Virus record (IMG/VR): IMGVR_UViG_2740892280_000002
Coordinates: 1 to 64,000 of that record
Reading direction: 5' to 3' (one strand)
Length of the DNA: 64,000 nt
Origin: a virus
Lineage: Duplodnaviria > Caudoviricetes
The notes beneath the pieces were generated by a model. The model ran no database searches, was not told the origin of the DNA, and worked only from the letters and a program-made list of their open reading frames with translations. Below, piece after piece: positions 62,853-64,000 of the stretch (positions within the stretch are counted from its first letter, which is position 1; the number at the start of each line of letters is the position of its first letter). The translations under genes were made by a program, and so were the position numbers.

Positions 62853-63223
62853 TGGGATTATCAAGGGATCGCGTAAGACAGGTGGTAGAGCGCGCTTTTG
62901 CTTCCGGTGGGGACTTGATCCGTCCGGGTATCCTTCGCCTGCCTACCACTGAATATGACCGATCAACAGGCAAGACCGTAAAGACGTATGTGGAGCATAA
63001 GTGCCGCGTACTCCCGGACGGCTTAGCCTCAAAGGGCGGGGTCAACAAACAGGAAGAGCTTGGCGTCCTGCCCGGAGATAGGAAAATGTTTGTCGCCGAG
63101 CTCGCGGTCGAGCCCGAAACAAAGTCTGTTCTTGAAGTTGATGGAAGGGCGTTCAAGGTCATTCTTGCTAGCGACGTAAGCGCAGGCTCCGGCGCTCTTT
63201 TCGAGCTGTATGTGAGAGGCTAA
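62852..63223 (+). CDS. Head closure / head-tail joining protein
   Basis: Position and size; GDRK..V, VDG..F.V. Confidence 0.65.
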   Translation: MGLSRDRVRQVVERAFASGGDLIRPGILRLPTTEYDRSTGKTVKTYVEHKCRVLPDGLASKGGVNKQEELGVLPGDRKMFVAELAVEPETKSVLEVDGRAFKVILASDVSAGSGALFELYVRG

Positions 63224-63615
63224 TGGTTTCCCGGATCGACATGAGCGAGTTTAGCCGCGCTGCTGTCGCGGATCTTGCGGAAGATGTCCAAGGCGATCTT
63301 GAGACCTACGTCAAACGAGGGTCGCTCCAGGCCCTAAGCTCGATTGTTGAGGCGAGCCCGGTTAACGAGGGGCGTTTTCGTTCCGGCTGGATTACGACGG
63401 CAAACGCAACAAGCAACTACGCGCCTCCTCCTGGGCAGGAATCTTACCCGAATGACGCCGTGTCTAAGGGCTCTTCGGTCATCAAATCCCTTAAAGGCTT
63501 CCCGGTCGTTTATATTCAAAACAACGTCGAATATGGCCCATTCCTAGCGGACGGATCATCGGCGCAGGCCCCAGCGGGCTTTGTTGAATTGGCTGTAGAG
63601 GCGGCTTTTGCATGA
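63223..63615 (+). CDS. HK97 gp10-like tail completion protein
   Basis: SPV..GRFRSGW, YIQNNVEYG..L..GSS.QAP.GFV. Confidence 0.8.
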   Translation: MVSRIDMSEFSRAAVADLAEDVQGDLETYVKRGSLQALSSIVEASPVNEGRFRSGWITTANATSNYAPPPGQESYPNDAVSKGSSVIKSLKGFPVVYIQNNVEYGPFLADGSSAQAPAGFVELAVEAAFA

Positions 63616-64000
63616 GCGTTGCAACAATCCGGCGAGAGATTGAAGGCGTCTTCGGAGACGAATTTCCGTCTGCGTACCCGAATGTTGCAATCACATACGA
63701 AAATACAGGCTTTGATCACGATCCGGAATCTTTCTGGCTTCGTCTAACGATCCGAACGAATGAGCCAAGACGGCAAGATATCGGCGCGTCAAAAGGACTT
63801 TACCTGACGACCGGCGTCGCCCTCTTTCAAATTTTCGTTCCTGTCGGCCAAGGGACCGGCGAAGGATTGGAAATTGCGGACGCGATTGATGACATTTTTC
63901 GCGCCCGCGAGACCGAGCACATAAGGTTTCGGGCCTCAACCGCGATTCCGGTCGGGGTTTCAAATAGCTGGTACCAGGTCAACGTATCAGTTCCGTTCCG
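63612..64000 (+). CDS. Tail terminator (DUF4128-like), truncated by the window end
   Basis: In-frame MSVATIRREI...ITYENT...FQIFVP.GQG.G...IAD.I...F...WYQVNVSVPF. Confidence 0.75.
   Translation, partial: MSVATIRREIEGVFGDEFPSAYPNVAITYENTGFDHDPESFWLRLTIRTNEPRRQDIGASKGLYLTTGVALFQIFVPVGQGTGEGLEIADAIDDIFRARETEHIRFRASTAIPVGVSNSWYQVNVSVPF

Noticed and set aside
1-64000. tRNA or rRNA genes
   Set aside because: No cloverleaf with a T-loop GTTCRANNC in intergenic DNA was noticed; tRNAscan-SE would be needed to exclude them fully.

Overview
This window is the first 64 kb of a GC-rich temperate tailed dsDNA phage or prophage, opened exactly at its tyrosine integrase. Gene content and promoter style suggest an alphaproteobacterial host, which is an inference. 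Gene order: integrase; dut-nrdJ(+glutaredoxin)-thyX nucleotide operon; double-HTH CI-like repressor; recombination/replication operon (RuvC-like, AAA ATPase, SSB, SF2 helicase, PD-(D/E)XK nuclease, primase-helicase, Dda/RecD-like helicase, beta clamp); accessory and counter-defence genes; a minus-strand array of small early genes driven by repeated TGTACA promoters; terminase, portal, head genes; a 12-kb fibre cluster; head-tail joining genes, truncated at the window end. No tRNA, rRNA, CRISPR array, DNA polymerase or lysin was recognised. The most notable observations are: (1) a C5 DNA-cytosine transferase whose motif X reads GRS instead of GNS, plus a distant CmoA-like carboxy-SAM synthase, together suggesting a split carboxymethylcytosine pathway; (2) two homologous ~215-nt structured non-coding elements 28.5 kb apart, with a phage-encoded ProQ/FinO protein; (3) about 30 copies of an asymmetric stoperator-like motif GTAGCCAAAAWCRGAAA; (4) a CI with a degenerate autocleavage dyad, plus an XRE-PAS-like gene with a divergent small ORF, suggesting an SOS-independent switch; (5) a 1177-aa protein with a 22-residue periodicity. 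All family assignments come from motif recognition by eye; no searches were run.
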